Shown here piece by piece: positions 26,391-36,245 of a DNA stretch of 64,000 nt; position 1 is the stretch's first letter; every line of letters begins with the position of its first letter. The translations under genes and the position numbers were made by a program. Below the pieces are notes generated by a model. The model was not told where the DNA came from. It saw nothing but the letters and a program-made list of their open reading frames with translations, and searched no databases. Source of the stretch: a virus; IMG/VR virus record IMGVR_UViG_3300024265_000031, one strand, 5' to 3'.

Positions 26391-26621
26391 ATGGATAGTG
26401 ACAATAGTAGTAATAATAACAATCTCCCCCAATTAGAATTATCTGAATGTGATTTATGTATTCATTGTGAAATATGCACTTGGATAGAAAAGTTCTCAGA
26501 CAACTCTGGCAGTTTGTGTATAAATTTTATTGATTTAGATTATTCAATCAGATATAATGGAAAAGAAGAATCTGATTGGGAAGAAATGTCATTTAGGAAA
26601 TATGTAAGTCAAGCATATTAA
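26391..26621 (+). CDS. small Cys-rich protein
   Basis: CDLCIHCEIC...C; AAGGA RBS. Confidence 0.65.
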   Translation: MDSDNSSNNNNLPQLELSECDLCIHCEICTWIEKFSDNSGSLCINFIDLDYSIRYNGKEESDWEEMSFRKYVSQAY

Positions 26622-26642
26622 AAATTTATTCTGGAGGTACTT

Positions 26643-29369
26643 ATTACTACGCCTAAAAAGCTACAACAGTACTACATATTTAAATTTAAATCGAGCAGGC
26701 TTAAAAACAATGATTACAACATAAAGTTAGACATAGGCCAAAGTCGTAAAAATGGTGAATTGATCAGTATGGGGGATTCACAAATGCTGAGAAGTTTGCG
26801 GAACATAAAAGACCAACAAAATAATCAAGAAGAAATAACCACTCTGTTTACAGAAAAAAATAAAATTAAAAATAGAGTTTCTAGTAAAGAAAATTCCAAA
26901 AAACTAAAAAGATTGCAAGGTAACATAGACAGAATTCTTTTTGTTCCAGAAATCATTAGTGTGGTTATAGATGATAACCGTCACTATGATAATATAATTA
27001 AAAATGGACTTTTTATAAACAACAAAAAATTTGTAAGATTATTGTGTGGGGCTGGAAATGCCAGAAGAGACACGGTTATATTTGTAGCAGAAAATTATGA
27101 GTTTGAATTGAAAGAATTATTGAATAATAATAGAAATTCAACTCAATTAGTTCCAGCAAAGTTTAATGCATATTTTGCTTTGTGTGCTTCAGCTACATTA
27201 CAAGTAAGCGAACCATATTTTTGTGTGATCCCAGATTGTGTAATTCCTAAAACGGTTGAAGTTGACTATATCAATGGTGACAACACAGTAATTCAAAAAC
27301 AAATGGAAATTTCATTTAATTTGTTTGATGGGATGGGATTGATTTCTCCAAGGGGGGCTGAAATGTGGGCGGGTGATTTAGGGTTAGATTATATACCTGC
27401 TACTTTCATAATCCGCAATTCCTTTTTAAAGGGAATGGTCTGCGTAATGGATTTTAATAAATTCTCTGATGAAATTGGAAAGCATTTGATAAAAGATATA
27501 TGGGGAAATACTGTAAATACAAGAGACATGGATTTGATTTTAACAGAATCACAATTTAAATTATGGAATGCATATGATTCGTGCGATACATATATACAAG
27601 CATGTAGACAAAACAATATGACTTGGGGAATTTCCAGATATGCTCCTAAAGAAGAAAGTACATTTGTTTTTAGTAACTATCAGTTTTTGCAAGCCCTTGA
27701 TTTAAATGAATCACAAATTGAAAAATTATGTCAAAAAACAATTGATTATTTTGAGGGAGTAATCAATGAAGATATTGCATATACTTTATTATATTTGTTA
27801 GGCAAAAATTCAAGCAAATCTTATGATTCTAATATTATTGATAAAGTGTACGACAATGTAACCAAGGCCATATTGTTGCACAATGACTTGTTAACTGATC
27901 CATACATTAAAAATTACATCATTAGATCTTTAAACAAGAAAATTAAAAAATCCTATATTGGTAATCTAATAATGGATGGAAATTATCAAATAATGATACA
28001 TGATCCTTATGCGTTTATGGAACATGCATTTAGTCTATCTGTTAAAGGCTTGTTAGAAAAGAACACTCATTATAGTACTTATTGGAATGAAAGAGATGTT
28101 GATATAGTAGTCGCTTGTCGCCCTCCTTTAACTTGGAGATCTGAAGTAAATAAGTTAAACTTGATTTCTGGAGCAAAACAAAAACACTGGTACAAACATA
28201 TAACAGGTGGTATCATTTATAATATCCATGGCCATGACACTATGCTTCATGCAGACAGTGACGTTGATGGTGACATAATAATGACTACAAACAACACTCA
28301 AATAATTGACGGTTCGTATGGGGGCTTGCCCATTACGTATGAATTAAACAAAATTTCCAAAGAAACAATCATGGAAGAAGAACTATATAAAGTAGATAAA
28401 AAGGCTTTTCACACTAAAATAGGCTTCATTACCAATTGTAGCACCACATTGTATTCTATGTTGCCAGAATATAAAGAAGGTTCATTAGAATACAATACCC
28501 TTATCAATCGTTTAAAAATTTGTCGTAAAGAACAAGGAAATCAAATAGACAAGTCTAAAGGATTGCAAGTCAAACCCTTTCCCAAACATTGGACAACGTG
28601 GCAAAAAGTACAAGTAGATAAGGAATATTCTAGTAGAGATCTCAAAAAAATAGACCTTGACAATTCTATTATAATAGATAAGCGTCCTTATTTTATGCGT
28701 TATTTATATAGTGGCTACAACAAGAAATATAAAAAACATTTGCATAATTATGATAATTATTCGATTGCATTCTTTGGCAAAGAGCTTGACCAGTTATTAA
28801 AAAACCCTGGAACCAAAGAAGAGCATGATACAATTAGCAAGTATTATAGGTTTAGTCCATTGCTGGATTCAAAATGTCTTATGAATAAAGTTTGTCACTA
28901 TATGGAATCGCAAGTTAATTTACTTAAAGAAAAACATCGTCCACATATTACAGAAAAGAACATCATGTTATTGAAAGACCATTCTATTGAAACAGATCCA
29001 ACAAAATTGAAAAAATTATATGATTTATATAAAAAATATAAAAATGAAAAACGTAATTTTGCCATGATCTATAATGAAGATGGTACGGCTAAGTATAAAA
29101 CTATTGAACAATTTAATAAGTCTGTTCGTCAAGAAGCCTATAATACAATTAGTTCTAATATAAGCGAATTAGCAAATCTTGCAGTAGCAATTTGCTATGA
29201 AGCTCATGTTGCAGACAATAAATCTTTTGCTTGGAGTGTTTTTTCTGAGGGGATTATTCAAAACATTATGAAAAACAAACAGAAGAATATTGTGGCTCCC
29301 TTTTTGGACAGAAATGGAGATATTGAATATTTGGGCAATATGTATGCATTGAAAAATATTGAGATATAA
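26643..29369 (+). CDS. yonO: YonO-like single-subunit two-barrel DNA-dependent RNA polymerase
   Basis: DSDVDGD (DxDGD) catalytic loop, FDGMGLISP, R..FLKGM, LT.SQFK, SNYQFLQ.L, R.P motifs; frame stays open to an ATT start after GGAGG. Confidence 0.9.
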   Translation: MTTPKKLQQYYIFKFKSSRLKNNDYNIKLDIGQSRKNGELISMGDSQMLRSLRNIKDQQNNQEEITTLFTEKNKIKNRVSSKENSKKLKRLQGNIDRILFVPEIISVVIDDNRHYDNIIKNGLFINNKKFVRLLCGAGNARRDTVIFVAENYEFELKELLNNNRNSTQLVPAKFNAYFALCASATLQVSEPYFCVIPDCVIPKTVEVDYINGDNTVIQKQMEISFNLFDGMGLISPRGAEMWAGDLGLDYIPATFIIRNSFLKGMVCVMDFNKFSDEIGKHLIKDIWGNTVNTRDMDLILTESQFKLWNAYDSCDTYIQACRQNNMTWGISRYAPKEESTFVFSNYQFLQALDLNESQIEKLCQKTIDYFEGVINEDIAYTLLYLLGKNSSKSYDSNIIDKVYDNVTKAILLHNDLLTDPYIKNYIIRSLNKKIKKSYIGNLIMDGNYQIMIHDPYAFMEHAFSLSVKGLLEKNTHYSTYWNERDVDIVVACRPPLTWRSEVNKLNLISGAKQKHWYKHITGGIIYNIHGHDTMLHADSDVDGDIIMTTNNTQIIDGSYGGLPITYELNKISKETIMEEELYKVDKKAFHTKIGFITNCSTTLYSMLPEYKEGSLEYNTLINRLKICRKEQGNQIDKSKGLQVKPFPKHWTTWQKVQVDKEYSSRDLKKIDLDNSIIIDKRPYFMRYLYSGYNKKYKKHLHNYDNYSIAFFGKELDQLLKNPGTKEEHDTISKYYRFSPLLDSKCLMNKVCHYMESQVNLLKEKHRPHITEKNIMLLKDHSIETDPTKLKKLYDLYKKYKNEKRNFAMIYNEDGTAKYKTIEQFNKSVRQEAYNTISSNISELANLAVAICYEAHVADNKSFAWSVFSEGIIQNIMKNKQKNIVAPFLDRNGDIEYLGNMYALKNIEI

Positions 29370-30105
29370 TTTGAAAATATTGTATGAAAAAAGGCACGCT
29401 GAAAAAATATTGAAATCTGGATTTTCTTCTTTTATGTCCAGGGGCGATTTATTTATCCTTGCAAAATATTTTAAACATATAGGAAAAAATAAAAGACAAA
29501 TAGAAAAAGATCTAATATTATTTTGTGAAGAACACAATCCTGAATTTAATCATGTTATTTTTGATAAAATAATAAAAAATATTGTGCGAAATTCATTGAA
29601 ATATGCATTAAACTCAGAAAATCCTGTTAAAATTACTAAAAACGAACTAAAATCAATAAGATCTGTAAAAAATTACAATAAAGAGAAAATTTTACTAGTT
29701 ATGCTTGTTTCTGCTAAATATTTAGCTAAGAAAGGAGCGGAATCTTTTTATGCCAAGATGGAATTTACTGAAATTATTAAAAGGGCTAAGGTAAGTGTTC
29801 CCAAAGAAGAAAGAAAGAAAATTTTACATGCATTGAATAATACTGAACTAATCCAGGCCACATTTTTTTCAAATTCTTTTAGAGTAACATTTGTAGACAT
29901 GGACAATAGAAACAATGGTGATGGGGAAGCATTTATTGTTGACGATGTAGACAATGTTCCTTTGTTTTTGCCATTTTTTTGTGATAGCTGTGGAAAACAA
30001 TTGAAAAAGAAACCTAAAAGAAGAGTTGTATGTAATAAATGTTATCCAGCGTCTAAAAATGAACAAACTGCTGCTAGAGTAAAAAAACATAGAGAAAAAC
30101 GTTAA
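29359..30105 (+). CDS. hypothetical protein with C-terminal zinc finger
   Basis: overlaps the RNAP stop; CDSC...CNKC. Confidence 0.7.
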   Translation: MRYNLKILYEKRHAEKILKSGFSSFMSRGDLFILAKYFKHIGKNKRQIEKDLILFCEEHNPEFNHVIFDKIIKNIVRNSLKYALNSENPVKITKNELKSIRSVKNYNKEKILLVMLVSAKYLAKKGAESFYAKMEFTEIIKRAKVSVPKEERKKILHALNNTELIQATFFSNSFRVTFVDMDNRNNGDGEAFIVDDVDNVPLFLPFFCDSCGKQLKKKPKRRVVCNKCYPASKNEQTAARVKKHREKR

Positions 30106-30124
30106 TGTAACGCTATAAATTTAT

Positions 30125-30868
30125 TTGTTAATAAGGTATATAAATAAAGGAATAAAATGTTATATGGATATTAGTGACATGTGTAAAACCCCAGAGGACA
30201 AAGAAGAGACTGAATGGTTTGATAAAATATTTAAAATGAATCCTCCAGATGAAGTTATTGCATATTTTGGAATATATAGAAGAAGATATTATCTTTTTCC
30301 AAACAGGCATGTAAATTTCTTGTTTAAATTTTTTTATCCTTTAGTGTTTGGTTCTCGTGAGACTGATGAAAAAGCAGCGGAATACTCAGTTGTTAGTGAG
30401 CTCAAAGTTCGCAATGGAATGGTTTGGTTATTTCATGAAATATGTCAAAATTTTATAAGAGTTAATTCAGTGGCTTTTATACGCAGGAATCGTCAGTGTC
30501 CAATTTGCGATATTTTAGAAGGAAGATCTAAGGGCGAAGATAAAATTATAAAATTTTTGAGAAATCATTCAATATTTTTTGACAAAGAATATTCTTTTAA
30601 AGATTTGAAATCTAAAAATAATTATAAACTTAGATTTGATTTCGCTATTTTTAATGATTTTGAAATGGACAAATTAGATTTTTTATGTGAATATGATGGG
30701 GAGTTTCATTATCTACCTTTAATTAGCGAAGAACGATTAAAAAAACAACAAGAAACAGATTTTTTAAAAAATAATTATTGTAAGAAAAATAATATAAGAC
30801 TTCTTAGAATACCATATTGGGAATTGGACAATATTGAAAATATTTTAGAAAAAGAATTTAAATTATAA
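30125..30868 (+). CDS. putative homing endonuclease, DUF559/Vsr-like PD-(D/E)xK C-terminus
   Basis: CPIC..S.GE..I...L.FDF...EYDG..HY...D..KN.YC..NNI.LLRIPYW; true start may be MDISD. Confidence 0.7.
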   Translation: MLIRYINKGIKCYMDISDMCKTPEDKEETEWFDKIFKMNPPDEVIAYFGIYRRRYYLFPNRHVNFLFKFFYPLVFGSRETDEKAAEYSVVSELKVRNGMVWLFHEICQNFIRVNSVAFIRRNRQCPICDILEGRSKGEDKIIKFLRNHSIFFDKEYSFKDLKSKNNYKLRFDFAIFNDFEMDKLDFLCEYDGEFHYLPLISEERLKKQQETDFLKNNYCKKNNIRLLRIPYWELDNIENILEKEFKL

Positions 30869-30894
30869 AAATAAAAAAGAGAGCAAAATAAAAA

Positions 30895-31224
30895 ATGAAT
30901 GAAAGATTTAATCGTGAATGGCTAATAAAAGAATTATCAGAACGTTATCAATTTACTAAGGGTGATGTTAAAATATTGATGGATGGGTTTAAAGAGATCT
31001 GTGAAGAAGTTGTGGAGAATCAAGACATACTTCATATTCCTGCGCTTTTTACATTGCAGGTTACTCCAATGAAGCCAAAAAAATATTGGAATATGCGCGA
31101 GAAGAAAATATTGGAATACAGTGGATCTTTTAGGGTGAAATTTACACCATCTCAATTATTGAGCAAACGTGCTAAAGTAGCGCATGAAGAATCATTAGAG
31201 GAGGAATTGGAATATGGCGAGTGA
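30895..31224 (+). CDS. HU/IHF-family DNA-binding protein (YonN-like)
   Basis: helix pair then LFTLQV...K.K.WN......RVKFTPSQLL; follows yonO as in SPbeta. Confidence 0.75.
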   Translation: MNERFNREWLIKELSERYQFTKGDVKILMDGFKEICEEVVENQDILHIPALFTLQVTPMKPKKYWNMREKKILEYSGSFRVKFTPSQLLSKRAKVAHEESLEEELEYGE

Positions 31225-31528
31225 TATACAGGGCAGGTACTATAGCGAAACATTAACTTCCGCTTCGGCTAATTATGATTTAATGGATATTTTTAGGGAA
31301 AGGTTGGCAATACCTGCCACGGCTCCATTTGTAGCAAAAAAGGTAACGTTGATCAGTTCTGGATCTGCTTCAATTAGTGTAAACGTTAATAATGTTGGTA
31401 ATGCCACATTATTTGAAAATGCTGATGGCAATCGAGTTTTAAATTTAGACGGAAAAGATGTTCTGGTTTCTTCTTTAAAAGTTGTTGAAGCTAGTGCAAG
31501 TAGCATTTTCCTAGCCATTGTATACTAG
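31214..31528 (+). CDS. hypothetical (possible virion) protein
   Basis: GGAGG RBS; beta-strand-like composition. Confidence 0.65.
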   Translation: MASDIQGRYYSETLTSASANYDLMDIFRERLAIPATAPFVAKKVTLISSGSASISVNVNNVGNATLFENADGNRVLNLDGKDVLVSSLKVVEASASSIFLAIVY

Positions 31529-31537
31529 GGGTAAAAA

Positions 31538-31801
31538 ATGGGTATAAGCAGAGTTGCTACATTTAAAAGTGGAAATACTAGTTGTATTGTTGAATCTGAT
31601 GAGGGGATTTTTACTTTGAAGGCTACTGATTTACTTGGCCAATTTAATACGGCTGGAAAAATTTTAACAGAATGCAATAAATATATAACTAAAGATTCCA
31701 TATTTTTCCATAAAAACAGGGATGGAACCATTGCAATAGCAACTGGGGCGGAACCTGATATATGGCCTGAAGATGAATCTGAACCAAAAGAACCTAAATA
31801 A
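31538..31801 (+). CDS. hypothetical protein
   Basis: 87-aa ORF in the operon. Confidence 0.65.
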   Translation: MGISRVATFKSGNTSCIVESDEGIFTLKATDLLGQFNTAGKILTECNKYITKDSIFFHKNRDGTIAIATGAEPDIWPEDESEPKEPK

Positions 31802-31850
31802 AATGGGCGTTTTATTGGGGTTGATGATTGTAATAAATAAGAGGTGAAAT

Positions 31851-33263
31851 ATGGGCGTTTTGTTTAATATTAATCATCAGACTGGTGATTTGAGCCAGTA
31901 TGATTCTACTGTTACGGATGGGGGCGATCTTTCTGTAACTGCTGCGGCTAATATGAGTGGAACTAATTCGTATGGGTTGCAGTGTTTAATTGATGTTGGA
32001 AATGACGCTATGTATGGGCAAATGAATCAAACTGATCCTGGAGGGGGGAAGTTGAGACTTAGGTTTTATGTGAATCCTAATGGGTTAACTATGGGAGAGG
32101 GGGAAGCATTTAGTATTTTGACGCTGAATACAACTGAGGCAGGTGTATCTTACTTGGCTTATGTAAATTTTCTCTATACTGTTGCTACAGGATACAGGGT
32201 AAGAATTGCTGCTCGTGAAGATGATAATACATATTTTGAAACAGTAGCAATTAATATTACAGATGATGTTCATTATATCGAAGCATATATTCAACAAGCT
32301 GCGACTAATGTATCCTCTGATGGATCAATTGCGTGGTGGATTGACGGAATAGCTCAAACAGAAGTAACTGGAAAAGATAATTTTGATGCTTTTGCAAATA
32401 TAAGCAATTTACAGTTTGGAACGCCTGCATTTCTAGACGCAGGAACATCAGGAACCTTCTACCTAGACGAATTCCTAGCCAACGATGACGGCTCCGAAAT
32501 CGGCGCAGTAACAACTCCTTCAGGAACCCTATTCAACATAGACCACCAAACAGGCGATCTCTCCCAATACGACTCCACAGCAACAGACGGCGGAGATTTA
32601 TCAGTTACAAATCCTGCTGGATTGGCTGGAACTAATTTTGGGTTGAATTGTTTTGTGGATACTACTGATGCTATGTATGGGCAAGTTGATCAGGCGGATA
32701 CGGGGACGGGGGTTTTGAGGTTTAGGTTTTATGTCAACCCTAATACCTTGACAATGGCTGATAATGATGAGTTTACACTATTGCAATTTTTTGGAACAAC
32801 TTCAGATTTTATAGTATTAGTTCAGTTGGGATACACCTTAGCAAATGGTTACAATTTGAGAACAACAAGTAGGAATGATGCCAATCAAAATGTTATAAAT
32901 TTTACTGAAAATATAACAAATTCTGTGCACTTTATTGAATTAGACATGCAGCAGGCAGCTACCGATGTTAGTTCTAACGGATCTGTTGAACTGTTTATTG
33001 ATGGGGTGTCTAAAGCATCAGGGACATCAATAGATAACTATGATATTTTTGCTGACATGCAAACATTTCGTTTGGGGGCAGCATTTGGTCTAGACGCAGG
33101 AACCTCTGGCACATTCTACCTAGATGAATTCCTAGCCAATGACGACGGCTCCGAAATAGGTCGTAGAGTTTCCCCATTCGCTGAAGGAAAAGGCGGAAAG
33201 TTAGTTTCTGCAGGAATGACAGATTATGGTTTGGTTAACCCTCAAGGACTAGCGAGTTTCTGA
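31851..33263 (+). CDS. acidic protein with two tandem ~220-aa ConA/lectin-like domains
   Basis: LFNI.HQTGDLSQYDST...GTSGTFYLDEF occurs twice; the fold call is inference. Confidence 0.65.
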   Translation: MGVLFNINHQTGDLSQYDSTVTDGGDLSVTAAANMSGTNSYGLQCLIDVGNDAMYGQMNQTDPGGGKLRLRFYVNPNGLTMGEGEAFSILTLNTTEAGVSYLAYVNFLYTVATGYRVRIAAREDDNTYFETVAINITDDVHYIEAYIQQAATNVSSDGSIAWWIDGIAQTEVTGKDNFDAFANISNLQFGTPAFLDAGTSGTFYLDEFLANDDGSEIGAVTTPSGTLFNIDHQTGDLSQYDSTATDGGDLSVTNPAGLAGTNFGLNCFVDTTDAMYGQVDQADTGTGVLRFRFYVNPNTLTMADNDEFTLLQFFGTTSDFIVLVQLGYTLANGYNLRTTSRNDANQNVINFTENITNSVHFIELDMQQAATDVSSNGSVELFIDGVSKASGTSIDNYDIFADMQTFRLGAAFGLDAGTSGTFYLDEFLANDDGSEIGRRVSPFAEGKGGKLVSAGMTDYGLVNPQGLASF

Positions 33264-33326
33264 AATTTTTCCAAATAAAAGGGAGGTTTTATTTAAAACT
33301 TTCTCAATAACTAAAAGGGAGGCTTT

Positions 33327-34166
33327 ATGGCTATTAGTAATGTAAGTCGTGATACCATAAATAAAATGAATGTTGCCTCTCAAAGAGTATCAATGGGCAC
33401 AATCATACAAGGATTGCAGAATTTCTCTAATACTACGGGATCACACATTGATTCTAGTGGCAGCGAAGTTCACAGCCTTGGAACAATGAGTTCTCAAAGT
33501 GCAAGTAGCATAGACATTTCTGGCGGAGTTGGCAGATTTTCAGACGTTCAAATAAGTGGATCTGTAAATGTAATAAACGCATCTGGATCAGTTGCTAAAT
33601 TTGGAAATGGTGCAGAAAGTTATACCCACTTTGAATCAGATGGGACAATGATAATGTCTGGCAGTGCTTTAGTTTGGGAAGATCTAATAATGCCTCTTAC
33701 TACAACAAAAATAGGGGCAAATGAAAAACCAGATTTTGACGAAACAAATGTTGGATATTTGTTTCCACAAAACGACACTGCAGAAATATTATACTTGATT
33801 ATACAAATGCCTCATAGTTGGGCAGAAGGAACGACAATCTGCCCTCATCTTCATTGGAGACAAGAGGAAGATGCTGCTGCCGTTTTCAAATTAGATTATA
33901 AATGGATCAATATGGATGCGGATACTTCTGGATCTTTTCAAACCCATGTTTTGGATAAATATGAATATACATTTACAAGTGGTAGCATACATCAAGTTTC
34001 AGAATGTTTAGATTTTATTGATGGAACTGGAAAAACAATATCGTCTGTTTTAACAATGAAATTGTATAGAGATGATGATGTTTATGATGGGGATGCTTTG
34101 GCTTATCAATTTGATATACATTACCAAAGGGATTCTCTTGGCAGTAGAGAGGAGTACGTGAAATAA
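33327..34166 (+). CDS. probable virion (head fibre/decoration-like) protein
   Basis: Ser/Gly-rich N-terminal half; N-terminus resembles that of 43149..43817. Confidence 0.55.
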   Translation: MAISNVSRDTINKMNVASQRVSMGTIIQGLQNFSNTTGSHIDSSGSEVHSLGTMSSQSASSIDISGGVGRFSDVQISGSVNVINASGSVAKFGNGAESYTHFESDGTMIMSGSALVWEDLIMPLTTTKIGANEKPDFDETNVGYLFPQNDTAEILYLIIQMPHSWAEGTTICPHLHWRQEEDAAAVFKLDYKWINMDADTSGSFQTHVLDKYEYTFTSGSIHQVSECLDFIDGTGKTISSVLTMKLYRDDDVYDGDALAYQFDIHYQRDSLGSREEYVK

Positions 34167-34319
34167 TGTGGTGGATTGAAGAAATTGAGATGAAAAAATG
34201 GTTTCCCAGAAAATATGCAAAATTTTACTGCGATCATCATAGATCCAATAAAACAGAACCGCATAAAACTAGAGGTGGACAAGGTATTGTAGCAAAAGTA
34301 TTTAATAAAAGGAAAACAA

Positions 34320-35150
34320 ATGCGAACAGAACCCGTTATTTATGATGTATGTAGATACCAAATTTGGGATCCTGGTAGAAAAGAACACATGGATGTGGAT
34401 AAATTTGTTAGTGTAGCACCCGTACAAGAATTCAACGTGTGTAGGGCTACAATTGCGGATTATTATACAGATCCTCATACATCATGGTTCTTTGATCAGA
34501 TGTTAGAAAAGAAAATGCCCACAACATTCTATTTTGTAACAAATCAAAAAATTGATACTAATTCAGCTAGGGCAGCTAAAAAACATCTTGATTATTTAGA
34601 TAAAGCAATTTATTCAAGAGTGAATCAAATTGGTTGTCCGCTAGTTTTAGATGTAGAAATTAAAGGTCAGAATCATAAATTCAATAATGACATGATTTAT
34701 CGTATTTTGAAAGACGGTGAACAGAAATATGGTCATAAATTTTTGATTTATACTGGATCTTATGCCTGGGATGAAATTATGGGCAAAAAGGAATGGCATA
34801 GAGAATATGAGCTCTGGATGGCTTGGTATGCTAAAGTTGGAGAATCTCAAAAATTACCAGATGAATTACGCATGCCTTCTACATTTGAACGAAAAAATCT
34901 TATTATGCACCAAACTACAGACAAAGCAGATGGTAAAGCGAAGGGATGTACTTCATATGGTCTGGATTTATCTAGATGGGTGCATGAATCTAAAACCGCA
35001 TCTGAATGGATGAATGATTTTAATGATAACCCAACAACACCACCAGATCCCCCTGTAGATCCACCAATAGAAGAAAATTGCGATCAAATTGAAAATGAAC
35101 GCGATGAACTGCAAGAAATACTTCAGCAGATAAAGGGCTTGGTTTGCTAA
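34320..35150 (+). CDS. GH25 family muramidase (endolysin)
   Basis: DV..YQ, LVLDVE, IYTG...W, LW.AWY, MHQ.T...LDL motifs; Pro-rich linker. Confidence 0.8.
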   Translation: MRTEPVIYDVCRYQIWDPGRKEHMDVDKFVSVAPVQEFNVCRATIADYYTDPHTSWFFDQMLEKKMPTTFYFVTNQKIDTNSARAAKKHLDYLDKAIYSRVNQIGCPLVLDVEIKGQNHKFNNDMIYRILKDGEQKYGHKFLIYTGSYAWDEIMGKKEWHREYELWMAWYAKVGESQKLPDELRMPSTFERKNLIMHQTTDKADGKAKGCTSYGLDLSRWVHESKTASEWMNDFNDNPTTPPDPPVDPPIEENCDQIENERDELQEILQQIKGLVC

Positions 35151-35190
35151 GGGGATAGGGATATTCTGTTTATTGTGGGGAAATTGATTG

Positions 35191-35220
35191 TCTGGGGTGG
35201 GTTGCTCTTCCCACCCTAGA
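35191..35220 (+). terminator. GC-rich hairpin after the lysin
   Basis: TCTGGGGTGGG-loop-CCCACCCTAGA. Confidence 0.55.
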
Positions 35221-35429
35221 CTAGTTCTAAAAATTGAAAAAATTATTTATTTTATTCAAAATAAGATAATTGTGATTGTCTTATATTGAATGCAATAAAT
35301 ATAATTGCAGAAAATTATACCCCTTGAATAGCATGTCGATGATGAGTGGGGGGATGCTATTCAATAATAATATTTTAGTCAGCTTTAAAAATGAGTATTC
35401 CTAGCTGAAAATACATAAGGAGAATAAAA

Positions 35430-36239
35430 ATGTTTAAAAATAATTTTGTTGTTGCAATTCAGATGGATAGAAAATCTATAAGAGAAAGTGGAGATCAAGT
35501 TTTTCTTCCTTTTGATTCAGAGTACGGAATTTATCTGAAAAATTTAAATAGCGTAGATGCTGTTGTAGATGTTTCAATTGATGGATGCGATGTGTTGAAT
35601 GGGAATTCCATTGTGGTAAGGGCAAATTGTGCCACTGAATTATTGGGATATATGAATGGCAATGTAGTCAAAAATAAATTCAAATTTATTGAGATGTCTC
35701 AAAAGATTGCTGATCATCGCGGGATTAAACCAGAAGATGGAATTATAAGAATTGAATTTAAGTTTAAAAAACGATATCCTATGTTTCAACCACAACCTGC
35801 TTGGGTGATAAAACCTTATTGGCCTGTATATAGAGAATATGTATGGTATGGTGATTATACTACATATCCTGCGGGAACTACATATAGTGTAGATACCATT
35901 AATACTGGTGGAGACATATCTTGTACAAGCAGTATTAATGAAACTGGAACGACTTTTAGTGTGCCAGTTGCGACAAATTTATCCCAAGAACAAGACTTTG
36001 GCAATTCTGGAATTACAGTTCCAGGCAGCGAAACCCAACAAAACTTTACTCCAACATATGTGGGAGCATTAGAAGATCAGTCTCATGTAATTACATTGAG
36101 ATTGTTTGGAGAAAAAGAAAATACGTCTGTATTGCAACCTACTTTTACAAGAACAAAAGTTATATGCGTGACTTGCGGAACAAGCTGCAATACAAAATTA
36201 AAATTCTGTGGGGAATGCGGAACTTGTTTGAAGTACTAA
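35430..36239 (+). CDS. conserved phage protein with C-terminal zinc ribbon
   Basis: LPF.SEY.I.LKNLN...VSIDG.DV; CVTCG...FCGECGT. Confidence 0.75.
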   Translation: MFKNNFVVAIQMDRKSIRESGDQVFLPFDSEYGIYLKNLNSVDAVVDVSIDGCDVLNGNSIVVRANCATELLGYMNGNVVKNKFKFIEMSQKIADHRGIKPEDGIIRIEFKFKKRYPMFQPQPAWVIKPYWPVYREYVWYGDYTTYPAGTTYSVDTINTGGDISCTSSINETGTTFSVPVATNLSQEQDFGNSGITVPGSETQQNFTPTYVGALEDQSHVITLRLFGEKENTSVLQPTFTRTKVICVTCGTSCNTKLKFCGECGTCLKY

Positions 36240-36245
36240 TTTACA

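Noticed and set aside
26760-29369. True RNA-dependent RNA polymerase or eukaryotic contamination
   Set aside because: The RdRP-like motifs are expected for YonO-family phage DNA-dependent RNA polymerases, and the context is a phage.
32432-33160. DGR template/variable repeat pair
   Set aside because: Differences are synonymous and not adenine-specific, both copies are in one ORF, and no reverse transcriptase is present.
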